Below are positions 20,585 to 29,211 of a stretch of DNA of 64,000 nucleotides, one piece after another (position 1 is the first letter of the stretch; each line of letters opens with the position of its first letter). The notes under the pieces are model-generated. The model had not been told where the DNA came from and made no database searches. It worked only from the letters and a program-made list of their open reading frames with translations. Source of the stretch: Chitinophagaceae bacterium (GTDB lineage Bacteria; Bacteroidota; Bacteroidia; Chitinophagales; Chitinophagaceae); contig JBEVJC010000024.1 of NCBI GenBank assembly GCA_040510375.1, forward strand, positions 84,071 to 148,070. Reading direction: 5' to 3'. The translations under genes were made by a program, and so were the position numbers.

Positions 20585-21766
20585 TTATTTTTCTGTACCC
20601 GGATGGAATTGTTTCCATGAATGCCAGAACTCCTGGTATGAAGGCAAACGTTCCAGCTGGTAGCCATTCATCAGGCCAAAAATACCTGTACCATCGGTGG
20701 TCCACAATGAACCCGTTTGCCGGTCCGTCATTGTATTGTCATTATGAAGGATGGAGAAGTCGAAGACCTGATCGGCCAACCTTCGGTTGAATGTATGGAA
20801 TGACTTGCCATCATCATCCAGGGTCAGCAACAATGGTATATTACCGGCACTGTCCTGGATCACCTGTTTTTTTACAAGTTCGTTCCAGTCGTATGCCTTG
20901 TACTTTCCGGGAGCGTAGTTGACACCGATCACCCATGACTTGTCCGACCAGGATGTACTGTCACGATGTTCAAGTCCGCCCGCAATAGTGCCTTCGTCAT
21001 ATCCTTCCAGGTCATCATAACGTTTCTTAAACCCGCCGTCGGGCTGAAGCACGGTACTGTTGGGATGGAGCCTGAACCAACTTGCCAGTGTCATCTGCTG
21101 TGAAGGGATCTCTTCGAGAGTTGTTCCCTTCAGCTTGCCGGCAATGGCTTGGCCGGTAGCCTGTTGCCACCAGCTCTTTGTACCTGCATCTTCGAACATT
21201 GCATTAAAATGATCCATCCCCACAAGCCTGAATTCTTCCGGTTTGCCATTTACCAGCGGGGAATAAACGCGACCGGTGCGACAGACGGTGCAATAGGTTA
21301 CCATCACCGGTTTTTCGGAAATGCTATCGCGCACCTGGTGGTGATAACCGATGACCTCAACCGGATAAGCTTTTGATTGTCCATTGATCAATACACCCAG
21401 CACCAGTTTATTTGAATCAACTTTATTTTCCGTGCGGTTATAAAAAGTTTTAACTGTTGGCTGATAAAACATTTTATCCGCCTCAAACCGGAAGTTGACA
21501 AAATAGAATACAATAAAGTAGAGGAACAATACCAGCACAAGCGCTAACTTCTTCCATCGACGGTTATTCCTTAACGCATAAACTACGGGATAGATAAGTA
21601 TTACAGCCAGCAGGATCCTGAGCCAGATGATATTCCTGCCCAGCCAGTAGGCAAAGCCGATGGTATCTGCCTTTTGTGATCCGGGAAATGGCATGATGAA
21701 ATAAACACGCAGGATTTCAACAGCGAATAAAAGGATCAGTCCGGCAACAAGGATAAATTTTCTCAT
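20585..21766 (-). CDS. DUF3179 domain protein fused to an N-terminal 4-helix membrane domain
   Basis: About 100 aa of hydrophobic helices, then the DUF3179-type core with the VTYCTVCRTGRVYSP CxxC block. Confidence 0.75.
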   Translation of the reverse strand: MRKFILVAGLILLFAVEILRVYFIMPFPGSQKADTIGFAYWLGRNIIWLRILLAVILIYPVVYALRNNRRWKKLALVLVLFLYFIVFYFVNFRFEADKMFYQPTVKTFYNRTENKVDSNKLVLGVLINGQSKAYPVEVIGYHHQVRDSISEKPVMVTYCTVCRTGRVYSPLVNGKPEEFRLVGMDHFNAMFEDAGTKSWWQQATGQAIAGKLKGTTLEEIPSQQMTLASWFRLHPNSTVLQPDGGFKKRYDDLEGYDEGTIAGGLEHRDSTSWSDKSWVIGVNYAPGKYKAYDWNELVKKQVIQDSAGNIPLLLTLDDDGKSFHTFNRRLADQVFDFSILHNDNTMTDRQTGSLWTTDGTGIFGLMNGYQLERLPSYQEFWHSWKQFHPGTEK

Positions 21767-21772
21767 TTGATT

Positions 21773-23074
21773 TTATTCTTCGGTTAATGGTAAAGGAAAT
21801 AAAACCCACACATCATCGCCGCCGCGGTCAATGGGAAGTTCATCAAGCCGGTTGTACCTGCGCAGGTCAATCCAGCGATGGCCTTCATAAAAAAGTGAAT
21901 ACCGGCGTTGCGTAAGTAATTCGGTCAGCAATGCATCTTCAGTGGAAGCACCGCTATAGGGTGATAGTCCGTGACCCCCGCGGATAATATTGAGAGCAGT
22001 TGTTGCAGCAGGCAGTGCACCATTCTGTAAACTGACTTCAGCAGAGAGCAGGATCAGCTCTTCATTCCGGATCAGGGCAATCGGTGCCGTACTGCTTTTA
22101 TACACCCATACATCACGGTCGGAAGAAAGGCCACTGAGGGAAGCCGTAGTATTCCTTAAAGTGGCTTTATTAATTCGGTCGTCGCCGGGATTGATATCAG
22201 TAGCAAAGGAAGGATGAGCCACCCTTGTTTCCCCGTTTGTATTCTGTGGAATGAACATGGGATTGAGCTGATCGCCTGAACCGGTACCAAATGTATGGTA
22301 GACCCCGGCATTAAAATCACCGGCGGGATCAAGGAACGATTCATCCAAAGCAGTCTGTGCAGCGTCCCAGTCCTCCTGGTACACCGCTACCCTTGCTGCC
22401 AGTGCCCGGTTGAACTTTACCAGTCCGGCCGCATCGGAGAGACCAGCAAACCCTGCCAGTGGAAAGCTGACAGCAGAACCCGTAAGATCCGTTTTCCCGC
22501 TATTCAATAAAGTGATGATGGCGGTCAGCGATTGATCGTAGTTCAGTACGGGACCCAGGTTATCAGGATCGTTCACATCCACCCTTACTCCATTGGTATA
22601 GGTCAGGTTGAGATTGAGGAGAAGCTGGTAGGCCTTGATGGTTTTTGCAAATCCTGTATAGGCCTTACGTTGTGGCTCTGTGATCAATGTTGAATTGGTG
22701 GCAGCTTCGATCAGCACATTACAGTTCTTTATAACCCGGTACCGGGCAGACCATGGGGTTGCAATATAAAAGTTACTATTGCTGAGCGTACCACTGTTGA
22801 ACCCAAGCAGGTCTGTCACATAACGGGGTTCAGAGCCTGAGAAGCGGTACCCTTCGCGACCAATGGTGCCTACATCATCAATGTAAAACGCCATGGATGT
22901 GCGCATACCCGATTCGGTGCCGCTGACAAGATTATTCAGCTGGCTTTGTGAGGCATTGGCGAGAAAATCCTCCACGGTCGGATTGTTGAGATTACCGAAA
23001 TCCTTCTTGCACGAATTGAATGCAAGCGCCATTACGGCAAGCAGGAGTGAATTTTTTATATGAATCATTTTCAT
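21773..23074 (-). CDS. SusD/RagB-like outer membrane lipoprotein (short, 433 aa)
   Basis: Lipobox AFNSC; SusD-like helical repeats (IKAYQLLLNL, LLTQRRYSLFYEGHRWIDLRR); lies 18 nt downstream of SusC. Confidence 0.8.
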   Translation of the reverse strand: MKMIHIKNSLLLAVMALAFNSCKKDFGNLNNPTVEDFLANASQSQLNNLVSGTESGMRTSMAFYIDDVGTIGREGYRFSGSEPRYVTDLLGFNSGTLSNSNFYIATPWSARYRVIKNCNVLIEAATNSTLITEPQRKAYTGFAKTIKAYQLLLNLNLTYTNGVRVDVNDPDNLGPVLNYDQSLTAIITLLNSGKTDLTGSAVSFPLAGFAGLSDAAGLVKFNRALAARVAVYQEDWDAAQTALDESFLDPAGDFNAGVYHTFGTGSGDQLNPMFIPQNTNGETRVAHPSFATDINPGDDRINKATLRNTTASLSGLSSDRDVWVYKSSTAPIALIRNEELILLSAEVSLQNGALPAATTALNIIRGGHGLSPYSGASTEDALLTELLTQRRYSLFYEGHRWIDLRRYNRLDELPIDRGGDDVWVLFPLPLTEE

Positions 23075-23092
23075 CTTGGTAGTATTTAATGT

Positions 23093-26026
23093 TTAGAGGT
23101 CGATAGTCAGGTGAAAGCTGGCACGTTTAACTGCGGGATAAGGAAGTACATCAACCCCGGTCGAAAATCCTGTTCCGAAATTTGATACTTCCGGATCGTA
23201 TGATTTGTATTTGGTAATGGTCCACCAGTTATTAAGTGATACCCCCACCCTTACGCCACGCAGATAACTTAACGGCAATTTGGTGAAACTATAATAAAGA
23301 CCGATTTCGCGAAGGCGCATGTAACCTGAGTTCTGGACGAATTCTTCTGCCGTGGTACCCACCTTGCTGATCCGATAGATTCCGTTCGGCAATCCGGCTT
23401 CATTGCCGATCACATCAAAGTCTTTACTGGTCATTCCGAAATCATTCTGCAGGCTGGTCAGGTTTATATTTTGACCACCCGCTTTCAGATGCACCAGGAA
23501 ACGCAGGCTCAGCCTGTTTCTGAAGGTAATATCGTTATAGGTATTCATCTGGAATTTGGGTTCCGCATCTCCCAGTAAACCTACGCCCCTTCCATTGAGA
23601 CCAAGGATCTGGGTGGCGGATTTTCCTTCTTCAATCTGGAAACTTCCAAGTACATAACCGAATGAGCCCTGTGGGGTGGACGGGATATCGAGCCTGGTCA
23701 CGGTTGAACGGTTCTTCCAGAAGTTCAGCGTGGTATTCCATACCAGGTCACGGTTGGAAACGGGTCTTGCACTCATCCCCAGTTCCACGCCACGGTTGCG
23801 CAGGTCGCCGGCATTAACCCATTTGCTGGTGAAACCGGATGAAGAAGGCAGACTGGCCTGCATCAGGAAGTCAGTGATTTTTTTAGTGTAATAAGTAAGC
23901 TGGAACGACATCCTTCCATTCAGTACGGTGAAATCGACACCGGTTTCAAACTCCGACTGGCGTTCGGGTTTAATACCCGGCTGGCCCTGTTGTACACTTA
24001 CAATTGAACCAGGATTACCATTGATATTGGACACTACCAGTGAAGTGAACTTACTTCCATATGCCGGTACATTATTAGCCTGGCCAAATGCAGCACGTAA
24101 TTTAAGATCGTTTACAAATGTCTGTGGTATGATCCCCATCCTGGTAAGGTTCCAGGAAACACCAGCCTTTGGATAGGCATAGTATTTTGTTGCATCGCCA
24201 TTATTGGAAGAGCGGTCAAAACGTACACCACCAGTAAGGATAATTGCGTCAGCGATTAATGCTTCTTCCTGTACAAACACCCCTTCATTCTGGTATTTGG
24301 TCCTGAACTGGGTGGCATTCGAAGCACCAGCCTGGTCTACATTTGACTGACCGGAAATCACCTGTGTGGCTATGTTCAGGATATTATTGTAGTTACCCGT
24401 TTCCCTGGTAAGTCCGGCAGATGTGGTAAGTGCCAGCTGTTCTGAAACATTAAACACATTCACCAGTGAGAGGATATAGTTGGTGCTCAGGCTCCGGGTA
24501 TTCCCTTGTATGGAGGTGCCTTTGTTGATTGCCTGGAACTGCAGTTCACTCGGGAAGAGTACTGTAGTAGCGAGATTATAAAAATCGACTCCCCCGCGGC
24601 CAATAAAACTGGTAGTGCTTTTATTATTTTTCTGCAGGATAGCTTCCAGATTAAAACCATTTATAAAACGGTTGACTGCTTCGTTGTTCTTCATCAGCGC
24701 GATAGTTTGCAGCGGATTGGAAGCAGCGAACGGGTTGGCCGGGTAGTTACCAAATTCGTCGGGGTGCAGCTGGGCAAATGAAGGTGTAGAGGAAAGTGCG
24801 ATCCCCAGGGTAACACCAGCGTTATCATTTCCATTAAATCCGCGGTCGGCCGATGAATTAATATAATTGGAGCTTACACTGATCTTGATATTATCATTGA
24901 TCCGGTGATCAAGGTTGAGTCGCACACTGGTATTACGGTAACCGGTTTTTTTAACAATCCCCTCTTCATCTTTTTGCGAAGCAGAAAGATAAAAGCCGGT
25001 TTTTTCGTTGCCGCCACTCAGACTGGCAACGGTGTTGCGGGCAAATCCGGTATTCCCATAAATTTCTTTTTCATAGTCAAAGATTTTACCGGCAGCTTTC
25101 GCTGCTTCAAACTGTGCGCGTAATGCGGTGCTGGTAGCGGGATCGGATGAAAGTCCGGCTGCACGGTCGCCGTTAAATTCACGGGCGCCCAATAATTTCC
25201 TGGCCTCGATCAGGCCAAGGTCCTGTGAAACAGACACCCTTGTCTTTCCCGCCTTTCCTTTTTTAGTAGTGATGATCACCACTCCTGCTGCGGCTTTTGA
25301 TCCATATATTGCGGCCGCCGAAGCACCTTTAAGGATCTCGATATTTTCGATATCCTCCGGACGGATATCAGCGATACGGCTGGAGGGGTTATCCTGTGAA
25401 GAAGTAGTGGCAGAGCCTGACGCGTTGGTCACCACATTCAATCCACCTGATGTGGAACTGTTATCTACAAACACTCCATCGAGTACATACAATGGCTGGG
25501 TATTCCCGAATACAGAAGTAACACCACGGAGTTTTACCGAGATGCCTCCACCCGGTGCGCCGGAGTTGGCATTTATATATGCGCCCGTGATCTTTCCGTT
25601 CAGGGCCGCATCAAAAGTCTGCGCGGGTGCAATCCCGTTCAGTTCGCGGGCCGAAATGGTGGCTACTGCGTTTGCGAGGTTACGGCGTTTGACATTGGTG
25701 GCCAGACCCGTGACTACTACTTCATCCAGTCGCGCCACATCTTCTTCAAGACTGATACTTATTTCCGCAGTTGATGTTGTAACGGGAAATGTAACGGTGC
25801 GGTAACCCGTTGCACTGATGACCAGTGTGGCAGGCGGACTGACTGTAATGCTGAAACGTCCGGCGGTATTGGTCACCGTTCCCGCAGTTGATTGTGTTAC
25901 GGAAATATTTACGTTGGACGCCGGTTGTTTATCCGGCCCGGTGATTACACCGGTGATAGTTTTTGTTTGCGCCATTACTGTAGTCATCAGTAACAGAAGC
26001 GAAATCATTAGCAGGTAATTTTTCAT
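23093..26026 (-). CDS. SusC/RagA family TonB-linked outer membrane protein
   Basis: CarboxypepD_reg-like N-terminus, TonB box DEVVVTG, plug (IEILKGASAAAIYGSKAAAGVVIITTKKG). Confidence 0.9.
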   Translation of the reverse strand: MKNYLLMISLLLLMTTVMAQTKTITGVITGPDKQPASNVNISVTQSTAGTVTNTAGRFSITVSPPATLVISATGYRTVTFPVTTSTAEISISLEEDVARLDEVVVTGLATNVKRRNLANAVATISARELNGIAPAQTFDAALNGKITGAYINANSGAPGGGISVKLRGVTSVFGNTQPLYVLDGVFVDNSSTSGGLNVVTNASGSATTSSQDNPSSRIADIRPEDIENIEILKGASAAAIYGSKAAAGVVIITTKKGKAGKTRVSVSQDLGLIEARKLLGAREFNGDRAAGLSSDPATSTALRAQFEAAKAAGKIFDYEKEIYGNTGFARNTVASLSGGNEKTGFYLSASQKDEEGIVKKTGYRNTSVRLNLDHRINDNIKISVSSNYINSSADRGFNGNDNAGVTLGIALSSTPSFAQLHPDEFGNYPANPFAASNPLQTIALMKNNEAVNRFINGFNLEAILQKNNKSTTSFIGRGGVDFYNLATTVLFPSELQFQAINKGTSIQGNTRSLSTNYILSLVNVFNVSEQLALTTSAGLTRETGNYNNILNIATQVISGQSNVDQAGASNATQFRTKYQNEGVFVQEEALIADAIILTGGVRFDRSSNNGDATKYYAYPKAGVSWNLTRMGIIPQTFVNDLKLRAAFGQANNVPAYGSKFTSLVVSNINGNPGSIVSVQQGQPGIKPERQSEFETGVDFTVLNGRMSFQLTYYTKKITDFLMQASLPSSSGFTSKWVNAGDLRNRGVELGMSARPVSNRDLVWNTTLNFWKNRSTVTRLDIPSTPQGSFGYVLGSFQIEEGKSATQILGLNGRGVGLLGDAEPKFQMNTYNDITFRNRLSLRFLVHLKAGGQNINLTSLQNDFGMTSKDFDVIGNEAGLPNGIYRISKVGTTAEEFVQNSGYMRLREIGLYYSFTKLPLSYLRGVRVGVSLNNWWTITKYKSYDPEVSNFGTGFSTGVDVLPYPAVKRASFHLTIDL

Positions 26027-26066
26027 CCCTTGATTTTAAAGTTGAATAAAAATGGATCGGTACTAA

Positions 26067-26636
26067 TTATAGAGTGTCTGGTTGTTTAGCTAAACTGATG
26101 GCCCGCCCCCCATACCCTGTATCCACTACTTCCCTGGCCCGGAAGGGATAGGAAGAAAGATCGGTGGGGGTATTCGCAGCAAGTCCGTCGACATAACGGT
26201 TGAAGAGGCAGAACAGCGCTGCGATAAGCACGGTATCATGGATTTCACGGTCAGTGGCACCATGTCCTTTTGCCTGTAACACCTGGTCGGCTGTTACGGC
26301 CCTGCCACTTTGTTGTACACTCGCCGCGATACGGAGTAAGCTGCTTAGTTTGGGAGATACGGACGCTTCAGCGCCGTAAATCCTTACCTGTTCCACCAGT
26401 CCTGTGTTACCATTGAGGTATTCGCAGGCAATGGCGGCATGGGAATGCTGGCAGTAAAAACAGTCGTTCAGGTACGATACATGGGCGCCGATCATTTCGC
26501 GTTCGGCCGGGGATAGTCCGTTTTCATCACGGAGTAAAATATTCGCGAGATCCGCAAGCGGTCCCGCTACTTCGGGCCGGAAGGCAAGCAGGGAGCGGAT
26601 CCCGGGCAGTTGTTCGTTTACATTTATGAAAGACAT
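26067..26636 (-). CDS. AhpD/carboxymuconolactone-decarboxylase family 'peroxidase-related enzyme', paralog P1
   Basis: LPGIRSLL..., CFYCQHSH (CxxCxxxH) and ATDREIHDTVLIAALFCLFNRYVDGL. No signal peptide. Confidence 0.8.
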   Translation of the reverse strand: MSFINVNEQLPGIRSLLAFRPEVAGPLADLANILLRDENGLSPAEREMIGAHVSYLNDCFYCQHSHAAIACEYLNGNTGLVEQVRIYGAEASVSPKLSSLLRIAASVQQSGRAVTADQVLQAKGHGATDREIHDTVLIAALFCLFNRYVDGLAANTPTDLSSYPFRAREVVDTGYGGRAISLAKQPDTL

Positions 26637-26767
26637 TGTTGTCGCAGTTGAGTTTGGTTCTGGTATTTTTTTGGCCGGCTCTTTATCTGATGGATAAATT
26701 TTCCGGATTTCTCTCTATCGATTGGATAAATTTTATTGACGGTTGTTTATGGCAAGGTGGTCACGGT

Positions 26768-27319
26768 TCAGGTAGTCACATCAATATTTGCATAACCTGC
26801 TTCTGCTCTCATTTTTGCCCGGTCAATATAAACCTGCCGGTCGGCCGGTGCCCAGGTCTGCAGGCCATCAACATACCGGTTAAACATACAAAAGGCAGCA
26901 GCGATCAGTACGGTGTCGTGGATTTCCCGGTCGGTCGCCTCCTGCTCTCTTGCATGCGCAATCAGTTCGGCAGTCACCTGTTTCCCTCCCCGTTGCACTG
27001 CAGCGGCGATCTGCAGCAGGCTTTTCATTTTTCCGGAAATTGGCATGGCAAGTGGATTCGCCTTCACTCCGTCGATGAAGGAAGTATCACATTCCAGGTA
27101 GTGCTGGGCCATAGCGCCATGAACATTCTGGCAAAAAAAACAATCATTGAGTGATGACACGTAGGTGCCGATAAGTTCACGGTCGCCCCTGCTCAGTGTA
27201 TTGTCTTCATCGTGCAGCAGCACCTCTGCCAGTTCATTCAATGGCCTTGCAGTTTCGGGCCGGTATGCCATTGGTCCGCGGATACCGGGTAAATCATTCT
27301 TAAGATCAATAAATGCCAT
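26768..27319 (-). CDS. AhpD/CMD family peroxidase-related enzyme, paralog P2
   Basis: LPGIRGPM..., CFFCQNVH and ATDREIHDTVLIAAAFCMFNRYVDGL. Confidence 0.8.
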   Translation of the reverse strand: MAFIDLKNDLPGIRGPMAYRPETARPLNELAEVLLHDEDNTLSRGDRELIGTYVSSLNDCFFCQNVHGAMAQHYLECDTSFIDGVKANPLAMPISGKMKSLLQIAAAVQRGGKQVTAELIAHAREQEATDREIHDTVLIAAAFCMFNRYVDGLQTWAPADRQVYIDRAKMRAEAGYANIDVTT

Positions 27320-27321
27320 GG

Positions 27322-27861
27322 TTATTTTTTTTGTGGTAAAACATATCCCTTCGCCATCCGTTCACCCATTTCTGTGTAGACCTGTGGATCAGTTGGTGTG
27401 AAGGTGGCGAGGCCGTCGACATAACGATTGAATAATGAAAAAGTGGCAGCGATCAGTACCGTATCATGGATCTCGCGATCCGTTGCTGATGCAGCTTTTG
27501 CCTGGACGATATCATTGGCTGTAACATCCATGCCCGATTCCTGGACTTTACCCGCGATGCGGAGTAAGGCCTGCATCTTGCGGCTGACAGATGGATGTGT
27601 TGGATCGTTCAGTGCGGTATCGGTCAGTGAAGGGCGGGCCGACAAAACCCTTGCCGCAGCAGCGTGGCTGTCGCGGCAGAACCTGCAATCATTTTTCTGC
27701 GATACATAGGCCGCAATCAATTCGCGGTCAGATGCGGGCAGGGTGGAGTAACCACGCAATAATACCTGCACCAGCTCATATAAGGGTTTGCCGGTTTCGG
27801 GGCGGAACATTACAAGGCTCCTGATCCCAGGTATGGATGTATCGAGATCTATATGTGGCAT
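27322..27861 (-). CDS. AhpD/CMD family peroxidase-related enzyme, paralog P3
   Basis: IPGIRSLV..., CRFCRDSH and ATDREIHDTVLIAATFSLFNRYVDGL. Its ATG overlaps the MFS stop (TAATG). Confidence 0.8.
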   Translation of the reverse strand: MPHIDLDTSIPGIRSLVMFRPETGKPLYELVQVLLRGYSTLPASDRELIAAYVSQKNDCRFCRDSHAAAARVLSARPSLTDTALNDPTHPSVSRKMQALLRIAGKVQESGMDVTANDIVQAKAASATDREIHDTVLIAATFSLFNRYVDGLATFTPTDPQVYTEMGERMAKGYVLPQKK

Positions 27862-29135
27862 TAGTTATTTTTTAAAATGATTTGTTCCGCTACCTGGCCG
27901 GTGGGTTCTGCTTCGCTCACCGCCGGCTCGTCAGGGGTAAGCAGCAGGACCAGGAATCCGGCAAGGAATATGAATGAAAAGGCAAATAATGCAGAACCAT
28001 AACCACCCAGTTCCGACACAAGTACACCAACAAACAACACAGCTGCCGCGGTAAAAAAACGACCGATATTAAAACAGAAACCGGTGGCACGTCCGCGCAC
28101 CGCAACAGGAAACAGGAGTGGAATATAAACAGACAATACACCCTGGCTGATTCCAAAGGCGAGGGCAATGATTAAAATTCCCGCGTAAACCAGTGGTTTG
28201 ATTTCGTTGTTTGTTTTAAAAAGCAGCAGGGAGAACAGGGCACAGATCCCGAAACAAAGCAGCATTGATTTTCGAAGGCCGAGTGCATTAATGATCCAGC
28301 CGGAAATAAAACCACCAACTAGTCCGCCCATACCGAGCATCATCATACTTAGACCACGTTCATTTTGTCCATCACCCTCCTTCACCAGGGTTTGTATCCA
28401 GGTAGGCAGCCATGAAAAAACTGCCCAGAGTCCAATCAGCATGGTTCCAAATATCAGTGAGCCTTTTAACAGGTTAAGCCGGATCTGTTTTGCTGGCCGC
28501 ATCAATCCTGTGGCCTTCCTGGTGAACACCGACCTGCTCAGCTTCCAGCTCACCGATTCGCGGAGCAGGAAGATGGAAAGAAACGCAATGATCACCGGTA
28601 TAATCCCAACAAGAAATGCCTGTCGCCAGGAGGATACAAATAAATCTATTACACCGGCCGAAAAAATGCCAACCGGAAAAGAGATGGACAGGATGCCCAT
28701 AAAGATAGCCCGCGAACGAACGGGCCATTCTTCCATCATCAGTGTGGTAGTGGTTACCAGCACGGCTCCCATTCCCACTCCACTTAAAAAGCGGCAGGCC
28801 ACAATGCCCCACCAGTGCGGCATGTAGCCATTAACAATGGTGAAGGTCCCATAACAGGCAATGGAAAAAATGACAGCTGTTTTCCGTCCCCACCTGTCGC
28901 TGATCCATCCGGCAAATAATCCACCAAAAGCTGCACCCAATATAAATACCGAGTTGATATAACCACTGATCCGGTTAAACTGGCCGGGGTCCTGGTGGCC
29001 CATCACATCTTTCACTGCAACCGGAAGGTAGACCGACATAAGTGTGCTGACGGTTCCTGCCAATGCGGTTGCAAGGAAACAGATCAGGAACATGATCCAA
29101 TGATATCCGGTTATCTTTTCGCCTGGTTCTTTCAT
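27861..29135 (-). CDS. MFS transporter (12-TMS type)
   Basis: MFS motif A GWISDRWGRK; 12 hydrophobic segments; 424 aa. Confidence 0.85.
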   Translation of the reverse strand: MKEPGEKITGYHWIMFLICFLATALAGTVSTLMSVYLPVAVKDVMGHQDPGQFNRISGYINSVFILGAAFGGLFAGWISDRWGRKTAVIFSIACYGTFTIVNGYMPHWWGIVACRFLSGVGMGAVLVTTTTLMMEEWPVRSRAIFMGILSISFPVGIFSAGVIDLFVSSWRQAFLVGIIPVIIAFLSIFLLRESVSWKLSRSVFTRKATGLMRPAKQIRLNLLKGSLIFGTMLIGLWAVFSWLPTWIQTLVKEGDGQNERGLSMMMLGMGGLVGGFISGWIINALGLRKSMLLCFGICALFSLLLFKTNNEIKPLVYAGILIIALAFGISQGVLSVYIPLLFPVAVRGRATGFCFNIGRFFTAAAVLFVGVLVSELGGYGSALFAFSFIFLAGFLVLLLTPDEPAVSEAEPTGQVAEQIILKNN

Positions 29136-29173
29136 GCGTTTGATTTTAAATGATCATAACTCGCTTCTTTCAT
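29132..29173 (-). CDS. 13-codon relay mini-ORF 2 (MKEASYDHLKSNA); its stop overlaps the MFS ATG (ATGA)
   Basis: Read directly from repeat copies 1 and 2. Translation is not demonstrated. Confidence 0.25.
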   Translation of the reverse strand: MKEASYDHLKSNA

Positions 29174-29211
29174 GCGTTTGATTTTAAATGATCATGACCT
29201 GCTTCTTTCAT
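29170..29211 (-). CDS. 13-codon relay mini-ORF 1 (MKEAGHDHLKSNA); its ATG overlaps the P4 stop and its stop overlaps the ATG of mini-ORF 2
   Basis: Read directly from repeat copies 2 and 3. Translation is not demonstrated. Confidence 0.25.
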   Translation of the reverse strand: MKEAGHDHLKSNA

